From Heptranchias perlo (lineage: Eukaryota): 64,000 nt of DNA. Below, in pieces: positions 21,361-33,556 of the stretch. Both the position numbers and the translations under genes were made by a program. Every line of letters begins with the position of its first letter. Position 1 is the stretch's first letter. Below the pieces are notes generated by a model. The model saw only the letters and a program-made list of their open reading frames with translations. It had not been told where the DNA came from and made no database searches. The stretch is from NCBI RefSeq assembly GCF_035084215.1, contig NC_090351.1, positions 33,542,001 through 33,606,000 on the forward strand, read 5' to 3'.

Positions 21361-21895
21361 TGTGATTTTTTTTACCACATGAGGGGACAGACCCAGTTTC
21401 AACCTGAGGTGGTATACCTTGCTGCAACATTCTTGGGCTGTGGGGAGGGATATGCTTCTCGATATCTTGGAGGCTAAATGTGGAAAACAGAACCCAAATG
21501 TTTAGTACGCATTTCTTATGAAATAAAAGTTCCACATTTTTGCCGGCGTTCATTGGCAAATGATAAAAGAATGAATTTTCCATTGCCAATTCATTTTTGT
21601 TACTAATATTTCAGAGTTAAATTCTGATGCATTACAAAAAAAAACAGATTAACAAGGGTCTGTTTGGTATTGCTGTCATTCTTTTATCATTTGCCAATGA
21701 ACTCTGGCAAAAATGTGGAACTTTTATTTCATAAGAAATACATACCAAACATTTGGGTTCTGTTTTCCACATTTTGCCTCCAAGATATCCCTCCTCACAG
21801 CCCAAGAATCTTGCAGCAAGGTATACCACATCAGGTTGAAGCTGAGATCTGTTAGCTGAGATCTGTTCCCTCATGTGGTTTAAAAAATGATCACA
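21361..21895. repeat. Imperfect inverted repeat (about 215-bp arms, about 100-bp spacer), probable MITE/foldback element
   Basis: 21361-21573 is the reverse complement of 21676-21895; mirrored ORFs 21299..21589(-) and 21664..21855(+) share FFYHLPMN.GKNVELLFHKK. Confidence 0.8.
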
Positions 21896-23148
21896 GCTTC
21901 ACTGTTGTGGGAATTAGCTGAACAGAGCCCAGCACTTCCCTGAGGGGAAATATAAATCAGAAGGTCAATCATTCTGAACCACTTGTGAGAGTCTTCTAAC
22001 CTCTGGGCCATCCTTTCAGCTGGAGACGGTTTGTGGCAGAAGGGAGGAAGTTGAGAAGAAAACAAAAATTAGGGAGAGGAGCAAAGATTTTTTTACTCTT
22101 CTCTCTTTCTTTATCTTCATCTTTATTTCTTTCTCCCTCTCTCTCCTTTTTTCTCTCTTTGTTATTGTTTCTCTTTTCTCTTTTCTTCCCTACAATTGGA
22201 CAGTTTATCAATGCCAGTTCATAATGAAGTAGGGTAAAGAGCTGTCTGCGGAACACTTTCTAAATGTCCGTTGATTAATTTCATGGCTATTTAATACTCC
22301 AGAGAGAATCAGCGCCTTTTGGGGACAAAGGAAGTGATTTTAAAAAATCATACCCTTATTTTTGAACAACATAAAATCATATACAAAATTAAGATGTATG
22401 CATCAGGTTTGCCGATTGCCAGTCTTGCATATCATTCTCACCATGAAAAGTCTTGATCATTTATCCATTAGACTAGCCAGTGTAAATTTTGTCTGCCATT
22501 CATTTTAAAAAGTCTTAATCCATCCTATTATTGTAACCACAAGCATTTTTGTCTTTTAGAAATTATTGTCTGATCGCATATTTTGGACTATGTGTGATCA
22601 GTCACATGCTTCACGAGCACACTATTAAGTGTGAAACAGAATTTGAAAAACCAACCAGCTTATAATATTTGGGATGAAATAGCAGTTTGTGAGGTGGGAC
22701 AGCAGAATCTCCAGTTTGCAGCTGCACAGTCACAGGTTTTCGGCTGTGATTCCCAACACGCTGATCCCAGTTTGTTTTTTGAGGGTAGTCATAGAGCCGA
22801 GGCTGATTTGTCACAGAAAGAAGGGAAAACTGAGCTGCTCTTGTGTATCTCCCCATGCTGGACATGACATTACATTGGTAGATACCCCAGAATAGTTGTT
22901 TATTCTGTCCTCCAGGTAGATGTAGAGCACAGGAAGAATTCAAGTGAAAGTTTAAAAAATAATAATTTCAAAGTGCATTCAAACTCAGTTGAAAACTGGG
23001 TTTTAATAGATCTCTGACATATATTGCATCTTATTGCTTGTTAATAATTGGATTACAATCATTTTGGAATGTCTGAAATGAAAATATATATAGAAATGAT
23101 ATTAACTTAATAAGAAAATACTATATATAAACTCAGGATGTAATTGCA

Positions 23149-23328
23149 CTAGGATTTGAATGACAGTGTAGAGTATTCCACTGATTCTGAAGAATTGATC
23201 TTGATGCCTCCATGTTGCTTTTTCAAATCCTTCAAATTGGCGTAAGTTGCAGAATTTCCCTCCGTCTGAGCGGAAGGTTGAATGGTTACGGTGGAATATG
23301 TAATCATATCTTCAGCTTCTCTGTCAAA
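23149..23328 (-). CDS. Gene A terminal ITIM exon
   Basis: FDREAEDMITYSTVTIQPSAQTEGNSATYANLKDLKKQHGGIKINSSESVEYSTLSFKS*; ITIMs ITYSTV and VEYSTL. Confidence 0.9.
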   Translation of the reverse strand, partial: FDREAEDMITYSTVTIQPSAQTEGNSATYANLKDLKKQHGGIKINSSESVEYSTLSFKS

Positions 23329-26300
23329 CTAAAATAAATCCATCAGTCAGATGCATGAAACTGTGTAAAGGTGATCAGAGTCTCACATAGCATGTACATT
23401 GAATCAATTATCTCTCAATCAGGAATGGTTGCTTGTGTGTTTTATGCATATATTTGCTAACTCTGACATTTAGCATTACAGCACCTCGAATTTTGCTCCA
23501 AGTGGGTTATTCCAGACCTCCTCTTGAGTATGCTGACTACCTGCTGATTCTAAATGATTGGAAATCATTAAAAGATTGGGGATTTTACTGTAAGTATGAA
23601 GGCAGCCTTGCTTGGAAACTATACCGCTTTCATTTTGTTTGTTGTGATGATCTATCTTGAAGTGAAGGAGCCAGAGTTGGGTTGGCTGAGCACTGCAACA
23701 AAGTGCCATCACCATGTCCTGGTGGCTGAGTGAGCAGCATATACCTTTCATTAGATGTACACACAACAGAACTGCCGCAAATTGTGCAAGCTCCTTTGAA
23801 TAGTACCACAATCATCCTACCCACTTGCTTCATGAGCCTTTATGAATAGTGTCAATTCTTGTGTGTCGACAGTGAGAACTGGGTCTAGCAAAGGAGCCTG
23901 TATTAATCAACAAGACCAGCTGTGCAGATATATTCGGCTTGCATCTCAGGTCACTGCTGTAACCACATCAAGTGGTGTAGATCTGTATCTCTTTTATAGC
24001 TCTAATATGATGCATGTATCAACATTAGCCTTTGTGCACTGTGTAATGTATTAATAGAAGTTCTACAATTATTGCAAAATTAAATGTTAGATGTAGAATG
24101 GCCATGGATTATATCCCAACTGATAAAGTTATAAGCACAGGATCAAATGATGCTAACTGGCTGCTAGGAAGAATATAAGAGTACTTCAAGGTGGCCAAAT
24201 TTCCCTCACTTTGGCCTCTGTTCTGTAAGAGGAGCAGGAGTAGGCCATATGGCCCCTCCAGCCTGCTCCGCCATTCAATATGATCATGGCTGATCTTCGA
24301 CCTCAACTCCAGTTTCCGGCCGATTCCCCCATATCCCTTGATCCCCTTAGAGTCCAAAAATCTATCGATCTCAGTCTTGAATATACTCGACGACTGAGCA
24401 TCCACAGCCCGCTGGGGTAGAGAATTCCAAATATTCATGACCCTCTGAGCGAAGAAATTGCTCCCCATCTCAGTCCTAAGATTTGCTTGTAATCTATTTT
24501 TCTCATCCAAGGTCCTAACACCTACTCAAATCTTTGTATTATCTGCGAATTTGTTGTTGGTTGCCCCAACACCTCGATCCAGATCACTGATAGGACCATT
24601 GCTCTTCGTCATCTCTAACACCAATCCCTGCAGGACTCCACTAGTAATTGGCCTGCCGCAGAACCACTGCCGTTAACAATAACCTTCTGTCCACGAGAAT
24701 GCAACTCCATTTCTACATCTAACCCAAAATCTGCCCACTGATCCCAATTATTAAAGAGCCTTGTGTGGCACCTTGTCAAAAGTGTTTTGAAAAGCAAGGT
24801 GCACAATATGTCAACATAGTTGCAGTCATTACTTTAGGGCATTTGTAGCTTATTGAAGAAATGAAGAAATAATATGGTAAGAAATTGCAAAACAAAAAAA
24901 GTGGAGCAATATATCATTACCTTATATTACATGCCATTCTTACCTTACTGACAGTGATGGGAGGTTCTGGGTTTTCATTATTACCTGTAAAATAAATGAG
25001 ACTCACTTGGAACAAGAATGCTCTCATTCACTTTCACCAGCACTATTCTAGTCTGAAATGCAAAGCACTGCAAGAACCTCAATCTCTCGCTCTGGTTCAC
25101 ACTCACGCTCACCCACACGCATCAAACCAACCACGTTCTTCTAACCTACTCCAGGAAGCTACAACCACTTGTTGCATCCTTGTCACATGAAGGAACAACC
25201 ACTTCCTTCAGAGTGTTGCACAAGATTCAGTTGAGCATAGCACACTGCGATATCTTTTGGCTTGTGCTGCATTTAAACCTGACTCATGGACTATTTTTTT
25301 CCCCTCTCTTCCCCAAATAATTTAATCTCCTGATGGTGATGAGTAGCATCTTCTGTTTTAGATTTCTGAAAACGCTGTGAGATTTCTCCCTGACATTGGA
25401 GAGCTTTTCAGTGCTTTTTCTGCAATCTGCTGAGAAAAAACTCGAGGCTCAAATGATATCACAAACTGAGAGGGATGCAAAAGTTTGATCTGAATCTGTG
25501 AGACGAGATTACGGCCTTCAATCCATTGACACATACTGGATAGTCTTCAAAAATGCTGCATATGCACAACAGTTAATTTATTTTTTATGTTTAGAATTTA
25601 CCAATTTCATGAACTATATGCAAGTTCCATCATATGACAAAATCCTCCTTATCACTAATTTTTCTCCACAATAGCTTACAGAATGATTCATGATTTGGTA
25701 CACTTTATAGAAAGGATCCTGAAAGGTGGATTACAAAACAGTAATCAGCCAAAGAGTTCACATGATAAATACTGCAACAGTATTTGAAAACCAAGATTCA
25801 ATTACTGTGTGCGCTATTTCAATGGCTCAACTGGTTAGGACAGTGAATAGCTGAGCTGTATAAACCTGGCTTTGTTCCTTGGACTGTGATGAATTAATTG
25901 ATATTGATGGGATCTGTGATAGGGGTTTCACAAATGGCTTCAGCCCCCCAAAATTAGAGAGAGAAGAATCGGTTAGAGCTCCTGCTCCTAGCTGCTATCC
26001 AGTAATTCCCGCTAGAAGTGCGGACATTGGGCGAGAACAGGATCAGCCTCCACTGTGATGCCCCTCGCAGTTGAATAGCCTGCTGACATTCACTGCCTAG
26101 GCTTATGTGTGAAGAATGGCCGAGGTGCGACAGTCAGTGACTTCAGGAGAGGAGAAGGAGGGGGAGAGAGAGGAAGAAAAACAACTGAGTGTCTGTAATT
26201 GTGGACATTGCATGAAATTATTGCAAATTCTGCTGCTGTAGTTGGGTGATGATATTAAATGAGTCAGGACCTCACACAATATTATGTTCCTTTGGATGGT

Positions 26301-29300
26301 GAATTACAATGAAGTTTCTCTCCCCCTGACTCCAGGAACGGAAAGCCTGCTGTGTTCACTGTAGTTCTTGTTATCTTTTACTTTGTTTACTTTATATTTT
26401 TTATATGTCAAAACAAGTACTAACAATATTGACCAAAAGTGTGCCCGCGCTATGTGCAGAACAAACTCGAGGGGCTGAATGGCCTACTCCTGTTCTTATG
26501 TGTCTTCAATGAGAAAGCAGTTCTTTTCAATTTCATATTAATGTTTTATTATTGTTCTATAATGCTAAACAATTGCTGTTTCTATTTGCATATTTATTGC
26601 AGAAAAAATGTTTTGTTGGCTACTTACCCTTATCTTTGGCAGTTTTCATCCTTTTCTTTCTCCATATAAGTAGAACCATCAGTGATAAGATTAATAGTCC
26701 CAGCACAGCTGAGAGGATGATGTACCATGTTTGTTGGGCAATTTTACTAAAAAATTAAAGTGGAATAGATGAAACTAAGGCTTTGTACATACAATAGAAC
26801 AAGTGAAAGTATCTCTAATACTTAGTAGATTGAACTAAAAAGAGGAATTGGTCTTAACTGTAATTATTCAAGAGCTAAAAGATGACCTATGTTCTGGTGA
26901 AACTATCTCTCACTGTTGAAACTCTGGGCTGAGGTGTGAGGCTTCCCTTGATGGAGGGAAGTCAAAGAAAGCGGACATACATAGCTCACATACTATCCCC
27001 AACTGACCGATTATTGTCAGGGCCTGGGAACATTTTGATCCCTAGCTTTTGCATTGATTGTATCGAATGGGAAGACAATTAATAGAAGAAGTATGGGGAA
27101 AAGTACAGCGCAAAAAAGGACATTGTGTGGACTGTGGTAGTTTTAAGGACATCAGCATTACTCATGAGGACAGCAGAACTGTCTATTAACTGTGACTTCA
27201 ATCAGAATGATTCAAGTTTTGTTATTTTGATGACAACTGTTAAAATCTTACCTTTTGATATTGATGCTAACTGTGGGGGTGGTGGATATGACCTCAGTAC
27301 TTAATGTTGGTCTTCTTGCTGTTTTAGGGGATTTATTAAAGAAAATATATTATAACAACGCAACAAATAACTGATAACCATCCACAACACAACATAACTT
27401 CCATCTTCTTCAAACCTTACGGTACCTAAGAAGGAGAATGCGGTGGGGTGGGAGGGAGGAAGACATTTTTTATTCACTCTATCACTGGCTGATTAAGTTT
27501 CATTTTCCTCTTGCCTTAAGACAATAGGTCAAATTCTGGATGGATGAACGAAGATGGGCTGAATGGACTTCTTTGTCCTTAATTATCGTGTGATCTTGTG
27601 AAAAGGAAGCCTGAGGAAAAGCTGGATTCTTAGTGGCAGAAACAACAAATGTACATTTTGAGGGGACTTCAAGAGTGGCTAACAGTGTTAGAAGGGCATC
27701 AAACTTAAACCCTTTCTATTTATTTTTATGAAGTTATTTGTGTAAGTTTCTATACTGTATATGTACATTTGTCCCTTGTTCTGTGTACTTCTGGCCTGAC
27801 GCCATTGTTAAGAGGATGGGTGGACTGCTTACTCTGAGGCCACCATCAATGATCCCTCTAGTCAGTCACTAGGAGGTGCCAGAAAGCACCCAGGCATGAT
27901 TCCACTCTCCAATATTTCCCTCCCTTGTGCTGGAAGATGCCACTCAACGCCTCACTGTTTAATCTGGCCAAACTAAAAAATGAGATAGAGTTTATGCTGC
28001 TTTCAGTCCAATATAATTTCCTGTTCTTTGCCATGGAAGGCCTGCTCTCCTTCCTTCATAAGCTGAATGAATTACAGCGCTGGACCAGCGACTGAAAGAA
28101 ATAGGAACAACCCTGGCTTCATTCACTGTCCATCCTAACACTGTATTCATTCAAAGTAATTCCAACTCATGATTTAAGTCCAGATTAAGATGACAATCAA
28201 TATAAATTTACTGAATTCTATGTATTGCCGGAAACAATAATTTAACTAAACTTTATGATATAAATCAAGTATTGTACAATATGTATGTGCAACAAGATGT
28301 AGAGAAGATGTTTCCACATGTGGACAAGACCAAAACCAAGGGTCATAAATATAAGATGGTCACTAATAAATCTAATAAGGAATTTAGGAGAAATGTCTTT
28401 ACCCAGAGGGTGGTTAGAATGTGGAACTTGCTACCACATGGAGCAGTTGAAGTGAAAAGAATAGATGCGTTTAAGGGGAAGCTGGATGAGTACATGAGGG
28501 AGAAAGGAATAGAAGGATACGCTGATCGGGTTAGATGAAATAGGGTGGGAGGAGGCTCGTGTGGAGCATAAACACCGGCACAGACCAATTGTTTCCGTGC
28601 TGTAAATTCTATGTTATTCTATGTAACACCAATTGAATTACAATAATTTTATATTGATTCTTACCATTCGAAATGTTCAGGACTTTAACCTGTGCAATCT
28701 CTACTTCAACTATTTTTGCTGCTCCACACCAGTACTCTCCTCCATCTCTTTTACGAATGTTGCTCATGGTAACGGCAAAACGCTGATCATCGTTAGTAGT
28801 GATTGATGCTCTGCCTTTATACAGATTTTGCACATGTCCATCAGAGCTGGCTATGGAGGTGCACTCATTTACAGAGGTTACTTTACACAATAATTTATTA
28901 TAGTCTATAAACTGCTCCGTGTACAGACACTGTACAGTGACTGCTTTTCCCGTTATACCATTGATCTGTGATTTGATTGGTGTCCATAATTCTGTTCGTA
29001 AATTAATAAAAAAACATTAAAAGTTTAAAATGCTGAAAAACGGAACATATTTTGTTGAACAAAATATACAATAAATGATCCAATCATTGAAAATGTCAAA
29101 AATGTTCATACTTAAGAACACAGTCACAGTGCTCAGTGGGCCTGTGTTCGGTCCCTGCCCGTTCTAATACTATATTTATTAATGGCCTCTATTTTGAACT
29201 GTATTTAAGAAGTAGGTCAGTCTAAATTTGGTAAATCCTTTCTGTATTGTGCTACTGCAGTGTAAACAAGAACATGTTAGGGTACATTTTCTAAGTCCAT

Positions 29301-32300
29301 GGAAGGTACCTAACTCCAGGCATGTTATACAGTGGAGGTCAGGAATAAGTTCAGGAAAGAGACCTGAGGATAGTTTTGGTTGCTAAAGATACACAAGCAA
29401 TGTGAGTTTGCTATTTGGAAGTCAAATAGAGTTTTAGGTGGTACTGCGAGAACCATTGAATACAAAATTGGTTACATAAGGACATCTGCCCTTGGGGTAT
29501 TGAGGGTGAAATCAATGGAAAAGAAAATCTGCAGACGCTACTTTCTGCGAATTGTGAATTTTTTTTGTTTCTGTATGACATTATTTATAATTGTGCCAAG
29601 TGTTTTTTTTTGCTACTATCCAGACCTTTATGTACAATGTGGAGAACAAAATATAGGACTGTAATATGTTCAATTACAATGAAGACAGGCTGCCGATTCG
29701 CTATCACCCATTTTACGCAACTGCCCCAAGAGCCATTTCACCCCCATTCGGGCCTAAATTCATTAGCGCCCAAAGTCGAGTGCGACATGCAGCCAAGGCG
29801 CACCAGAACGGAGAGGCCCGAGGACCATCCGAAATTAGGGGAGCGGGAAGGAGGCAATCGAGGTGGGGGTGGGTGGGTGGGGGTGGTGGTTGTATGAGCG
29901 CGGGCCGACAGCGGCTGCAGTCTTAATGTGGCAGTAGGAGGAGGACTCCTGCAGGCTTCTTCCAAGGCCTCCAGCGGCGCCGCTGTAGAGCCTGAAAAAG
30001 TAGTCGAAGCTTGCCTCCAACTCGCCTTAACCAATTTCGTGAACGGGTCTGGAAATGGGTTTCAGGAGGCTCATTTCAATATTGAAATGAGGACTGTGCT
30101 CATTTCAGGCGGCCGCCATTGCCGCCTTAAAAAAAAAGGCCCTACCGAATTCAGCAGTGGCTTGGGCACATATGGAAATGAAGGTTATTTTACTGTGGAG
30201 ACACAGGGGCTTGGATGGAATATGATTTAAGGTTTGTAAAATGATTGAGGGGAAAGGATACTGTCTGTTTAGATAGGTTAATGGAAATGGAGTTAATAGT
30301 GGGAGCCCGTGATCATACGTTAATAAGCTGAGCTCATAACGTGGCCCATACAGTCCCTGAACAGCAGCAATCCTGGTGTCACTGCACCCGGACCATATTA
30401 TCAGCCCTATTATCTTCCGATAAATTCTTACCTGCGAAAACCTTTAGCAGTATCACATCTAAAATATTGATATAATCTGCATTTTGATGTCCACACCAGT
30501 ACGTTCCTGTATCTCTCTCCTGAAGTCGTGTTATGGTAACGGAAATTAACCCATTGTCTTTGGTGATTGATGCTCTTCCACTATACTCTCTGTGCACAAA
30601 TCCCTTGGTGCTCACTATAGTAACGCATCTCCTCTTGGAAACTGCTTTACACCAGCTGTAGATGCCTTGGTTCACAGCCTGCGGACACTTCACTGTGACC
30701 GTTTCTCCCACTGCCGCTTTCATCACCATCGATGCAATTTGTGGCCACAAACCTGTTGGTGAAATTTAACGTCAGAAAGCTTAAAGTATCACAACAATCA
30801 ATTTTACCCAGCTCTTCTGGTAGAACACAAATAACAAATGCAAAGTCTTACACATGGGGAACAAAAAAAAAATCCAGGAAGCGACTATTGCTTAAATGGA
30901 AAGAAAATAATGTGTATGGAAAATGAAAGAGATCTGGGGGTCCTGATTGACAATAAATTGAAGCTTTCTCAACAACGCTCGGTGGCAGTGAGTAAAGCAA
31001 ATCAGATGTTGGGATGTATTAAAACGTCACTATTGAGCCGAAGTGGTGAGGTAATCCTGCCATTTTATAAATCATTGGTGCGACCGCACTTGGAATACCG
31101 TGTGCAGTTCTGGTCACCACATCACATAAAGGATATTGCAGCTATTGAAAGGATACAGACGAGAGCAACCAGAATGATTGAGGGATTGGATTATGAGGAG
31201 TGATTATGTAAATTGGGCATGTTCTCACTGGAAAAGAGAAGGTTGAGAGTTGATATGATTGCTGTTTCTCTTGGTCCCGAACAGTAGAACCAGAGAACAC
31301 GGCCTGTGCTTGAAGGGGGGCAAATTCAAAACCAATTTGTGGAAACATTATCTCAGTGAGCGAGTGGTTAATCTATGGAACAGGCTCCCTAGGGAGATGG
31401 CGGAAGCAGGTAGTATTGACTCATTTAAATGTAAATCAGATAGATTTCTTACAGAAAATAATATTTTCGGATACGGTGTATGAGTAATTTGAGACATGAT
31501 ATATGTTAAGTGTAGCATGCTTGGGAGGAACAGGTGGCAATGGTTCCAAAAGCTCTCCACCACTGGGGGTTTCCTCACCCCATATCTGGGTCTGTTGTAG
31601 ACTAATTGAGAGAGATTGATTGCTATGATTAGTCAACAACTCCATTATCGTTTTATCATGCGATTACCAGGATGGTAGAAGGTGAACTAGATGGACCTTG
31701 GTCTTTTTTCCTCAAGCAATTCTCATGTTCCTATCAATCTGCTGCAACACATGGGCCCGTATTCTCCTTGTCGTGTTTAAGATTTTCCAGCAGTAAGTCC
31801 TCAAATTTGCCCCTAAAGTACTACCTCCTGAAATGACACATAGGTGGTAATTTTCCGAGTACTCGTTGGCAGCGAGGAACCAGTGACTATTAGAAAGTTG
31901 CTTTTCCGATATGTCCTGGTGGCGGACGAGACTCTCGCTATCAGGATGTACTCGAAAAATGTAGGCAATCATCTGTTTATAAATCGAATGGAAGTCTTAA
32001 TTGTTAAAGTAAATCTGTGTACTTTGGGGATATGGATACAGGTCATAGCATCGAGGCGTTGGGCTGTGCACCAATGACAAAGAAGCACTCTTTAGTCCGC
32101 TGTCACGATTATGGGGACATTGGGAAACCAATAATTCGTTCTACTGAGCAACGTGACAGATATGGCTTGAGACATAACTTTGGAAGCTGCTGGCTGGCTG
32201 AGTGTGAGGTGGATTTAGCAAGGCTCTGAAAGGTGCTGGAAACATATGAAACCAGTCGGTATGGGCTTTGTGGGATTTAACTCATCACTCCAAACCCTCC

Positions 32301-33429
32301 TACTCATGCAGGTGTAACTAAGAGTGATTTACAGTTAGTGCAGTCACTAACTGTAAATCACTATCAGATTGATCTGTGGAGCCATTACAACGTCCTTAAG
32401 TGACTAAGGAAGCTTCACTTTTCATAATATCACTGTGCAGGTACCACTATACTGTCTGGCAGCATAGGCTGAGGTGGGTTATAACTTGCAGGAGAACCCG
32501 CTAATGGAAACAGAGCGGGAAAGTGATGTGCTTTTACTCAGTAGGCCAGCTCGGGAGCTCAACAATCAAATGATCTTTGATTAAATGAACAAACTATCAG
32601 TAAATGATATGTTACAACAACAACAACTTGCATTTAATATAGCGCCTTTAATGCAGTAAAAGTCCCAAGTTAAGAATAAACAACTTGAAATCTTAGAACG
32701 TGACGTTCATATTCACTTTACATTCCACACTGTAAGTTTATCTTCACTACTGTAGAAACCTGAGGACGGTTATTTTGTGCTGTTCGTCTCTGAATAGAAC
32801 TACAATCTAAATTTTGACGAAGGGCTTAAACCTGAAATGTTAGCCTGCCTGGGCCAATTTTCACCTGGCCAAATTGGCATTGTTGGAGTCGGTAGACTTA
32901 CTGCCCCGTTAACGTCGATGTCTGGCAGCCGCCATTTTAAAAGGGGCCTTCCTTTGTTATTTTGGGCAGTGGGCCTCTTGATAATGCAAATCGTACTCAC
33001 CCCTTCATATTCCTGTAATGTCCTACAATATCCCTCCGTCCACTTCCTTGATGGAACTCTCCATTCCGCTGACTCAAGCTTCTTCTGCATTGTCTCCTCC
33101 CTTTGCCCCACCATTGATGGCTGTGCCTTCAATTAGGTCCAACTCTCTGGAATTCCATCCCTAACCCCCCCTCCTCCTCCTCCTCGCCAGCAGCCTCTCC
33201 TCCTTTAAGACCCTATTTAAAACACATCTCTTTGACCAAGCTTTTGGCCACCCCTCCTAATCTCTCCTCATTTGGCTCGGTGTCCGTGTTCTTCACACCG
33301 CTGTGAAGCGCTTTGAGCCTTTTTTTTAATGTTAAAGACACAATATAAATGCGATCTGTTATTCTAAATATATAATTGGATAATCTTACTTGATATCAAA
33401 GTGAGGAACAGCAGAGCAGAGAACTCCAT
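23149..33429 (-). CDS. Gene A: pIgR/CD300 (CMRF35/MDIR)-like inhibitory receptor with two V-type Ig domains, 364 aa
   Basis: Seven exons with canonical splice sites and consistent phases: leader 33429-33390, Ig1 30752-30432, Ig2 28991-28665, stalk 27318-27252, TM 26746-26628, cytoplasmic 24984-24944 and ITIM exon 23328-23149. Total 1095 nt with no internal stop. Confidence 0.9.
24224..24812 (-). mobile_element. CR1 LINE fragments
   Basis: FFAQRVMNIWNSLPQRAV plus CR1 tail (24224-24480); RT pieces (24500-24812). Confidence 0.8.
24944..24984 (-). CDS. Gene A short cytoplasmic exon
   Basis: GNNENPEPPITVSK; ttttacag| and |gtaaga, phase 1-0. Confidence 0.8.
25822..26125 (+). mobile_element. tRNA-derived SINE (degraded)
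   Basis: A-box-like TGGCTCAACTGG at the 5' end; related antisense pieces near 3240-3330 and 42960-43030. Confidence 0.45.
26628..26746 (-). CDS. Gene A transmembrane exon
   Basis: WYIILSAVLGLLILSLMVLLIW followed by RKKR stop-transfer; 119 nt, phase 2-1. Confidence 0.9.
27252..27318 (-). CDS. Gene A S/T-rich stalk exon
   Basis: ARRPTLSTEVISTTPTVSINIK; aacag| and |gtaaga, phase 1-2. Confidence 0.82.
28291..28626 (+). mobile_element. CR1 LINE 3' end
   Basis: TKGHKYK...FTQRVVRMWNLLP plus tail with attctatg repeats. Confidence 0.85.
28665..28991 (-). CDS. Gene A Ig V domain 2
   Basis: GKAVTVQCLY...KLLCKVTSVNEC...YKGRASIT...DGGEYWCG; phase 1-1, 327 nt. Confidence 0.93.
29685..30152. mobile_element. 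GC-rich non-autonomous DNA-transposon-like remnant
   Basis: GC/CpG-rich block in an AT-rich intron; no credible ORF; family not determined. Confidence 0.4.
30432..30752 (-). CDS. Gene A Ig V domain 1
   Basis: GETVTVKC...WCKAVSKRRC...YSGRASIT...DTGTYWCG; extra Cx7C pair typical of CD300/pIgR/TREM; phase 1-1, 321 nt. Confidence 0.93.
30832..31732 (+). mobile_element. CR1 LINE 3' part with long 3' UTR
   Basis: ERDLGVLID...YKSLVRPHLEYRVQFWSP...ERVVNLWNRLP; the 3' UTR end recurs at 35275-35360. Confidence 0.88.
32323..32362. repeat. Perfect 18-bp-stem hairpin
   Basis: agtgatttacagttagtg-cagt-cactaactgtaaatcact. Confidence 0.9.
33055..33362 (+). mobile_element. L2 LINE 3' fragment
   Basis: caccattgatggctgtgccttc...ctctggaattcc...ctgtgaagcgcttt...tataaatgc; same tail as 37530-37764. 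Confidence 0.7.
33390..33429 (-). CDS. Gene A leader exon MEFSALLFLTLIS
   Basis: accATGG Kozak context, 40 nt, phase-1 |gtaaga donor. Confidence 0.85.
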
Positions 33430-33482
33430 GGTTTCCAGTGAGGATATCTACGTGTTGGTTAAAGGTTCTGTACTGAATCGAT

Positions 33483-33556
33483 CATTTCCTCATAGATTTG
33501 CAAATATCTTCGCAATATGATATAGGATAAGAGGTATTGACAAATCTTCCTGTTTC
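33483..33556 (-). promoter_or_regulatory. Candidate myeloid-type promoter of gene A
   Basis: 54-127 bp upstream of the ATG: GAGGAAAT and AACAGGAAG (ETS/PU.1-like) and ATTGCGAA (C/EBP-like); motif match only. Confidence 0.45.

Noticed and set aside
25290-25428. Possible alternative terminal exon of gene A (ADCRKSTEKL...EKK*)
   Set aside because: Only an acceptor-like site and a short open frame; no similarity to paralogues.
32715-32760. Possible extra exon after gene A's leader
   Set aside because: In-frame stop and no phase-compatible donor; the leader already splices in frame to Ig1.
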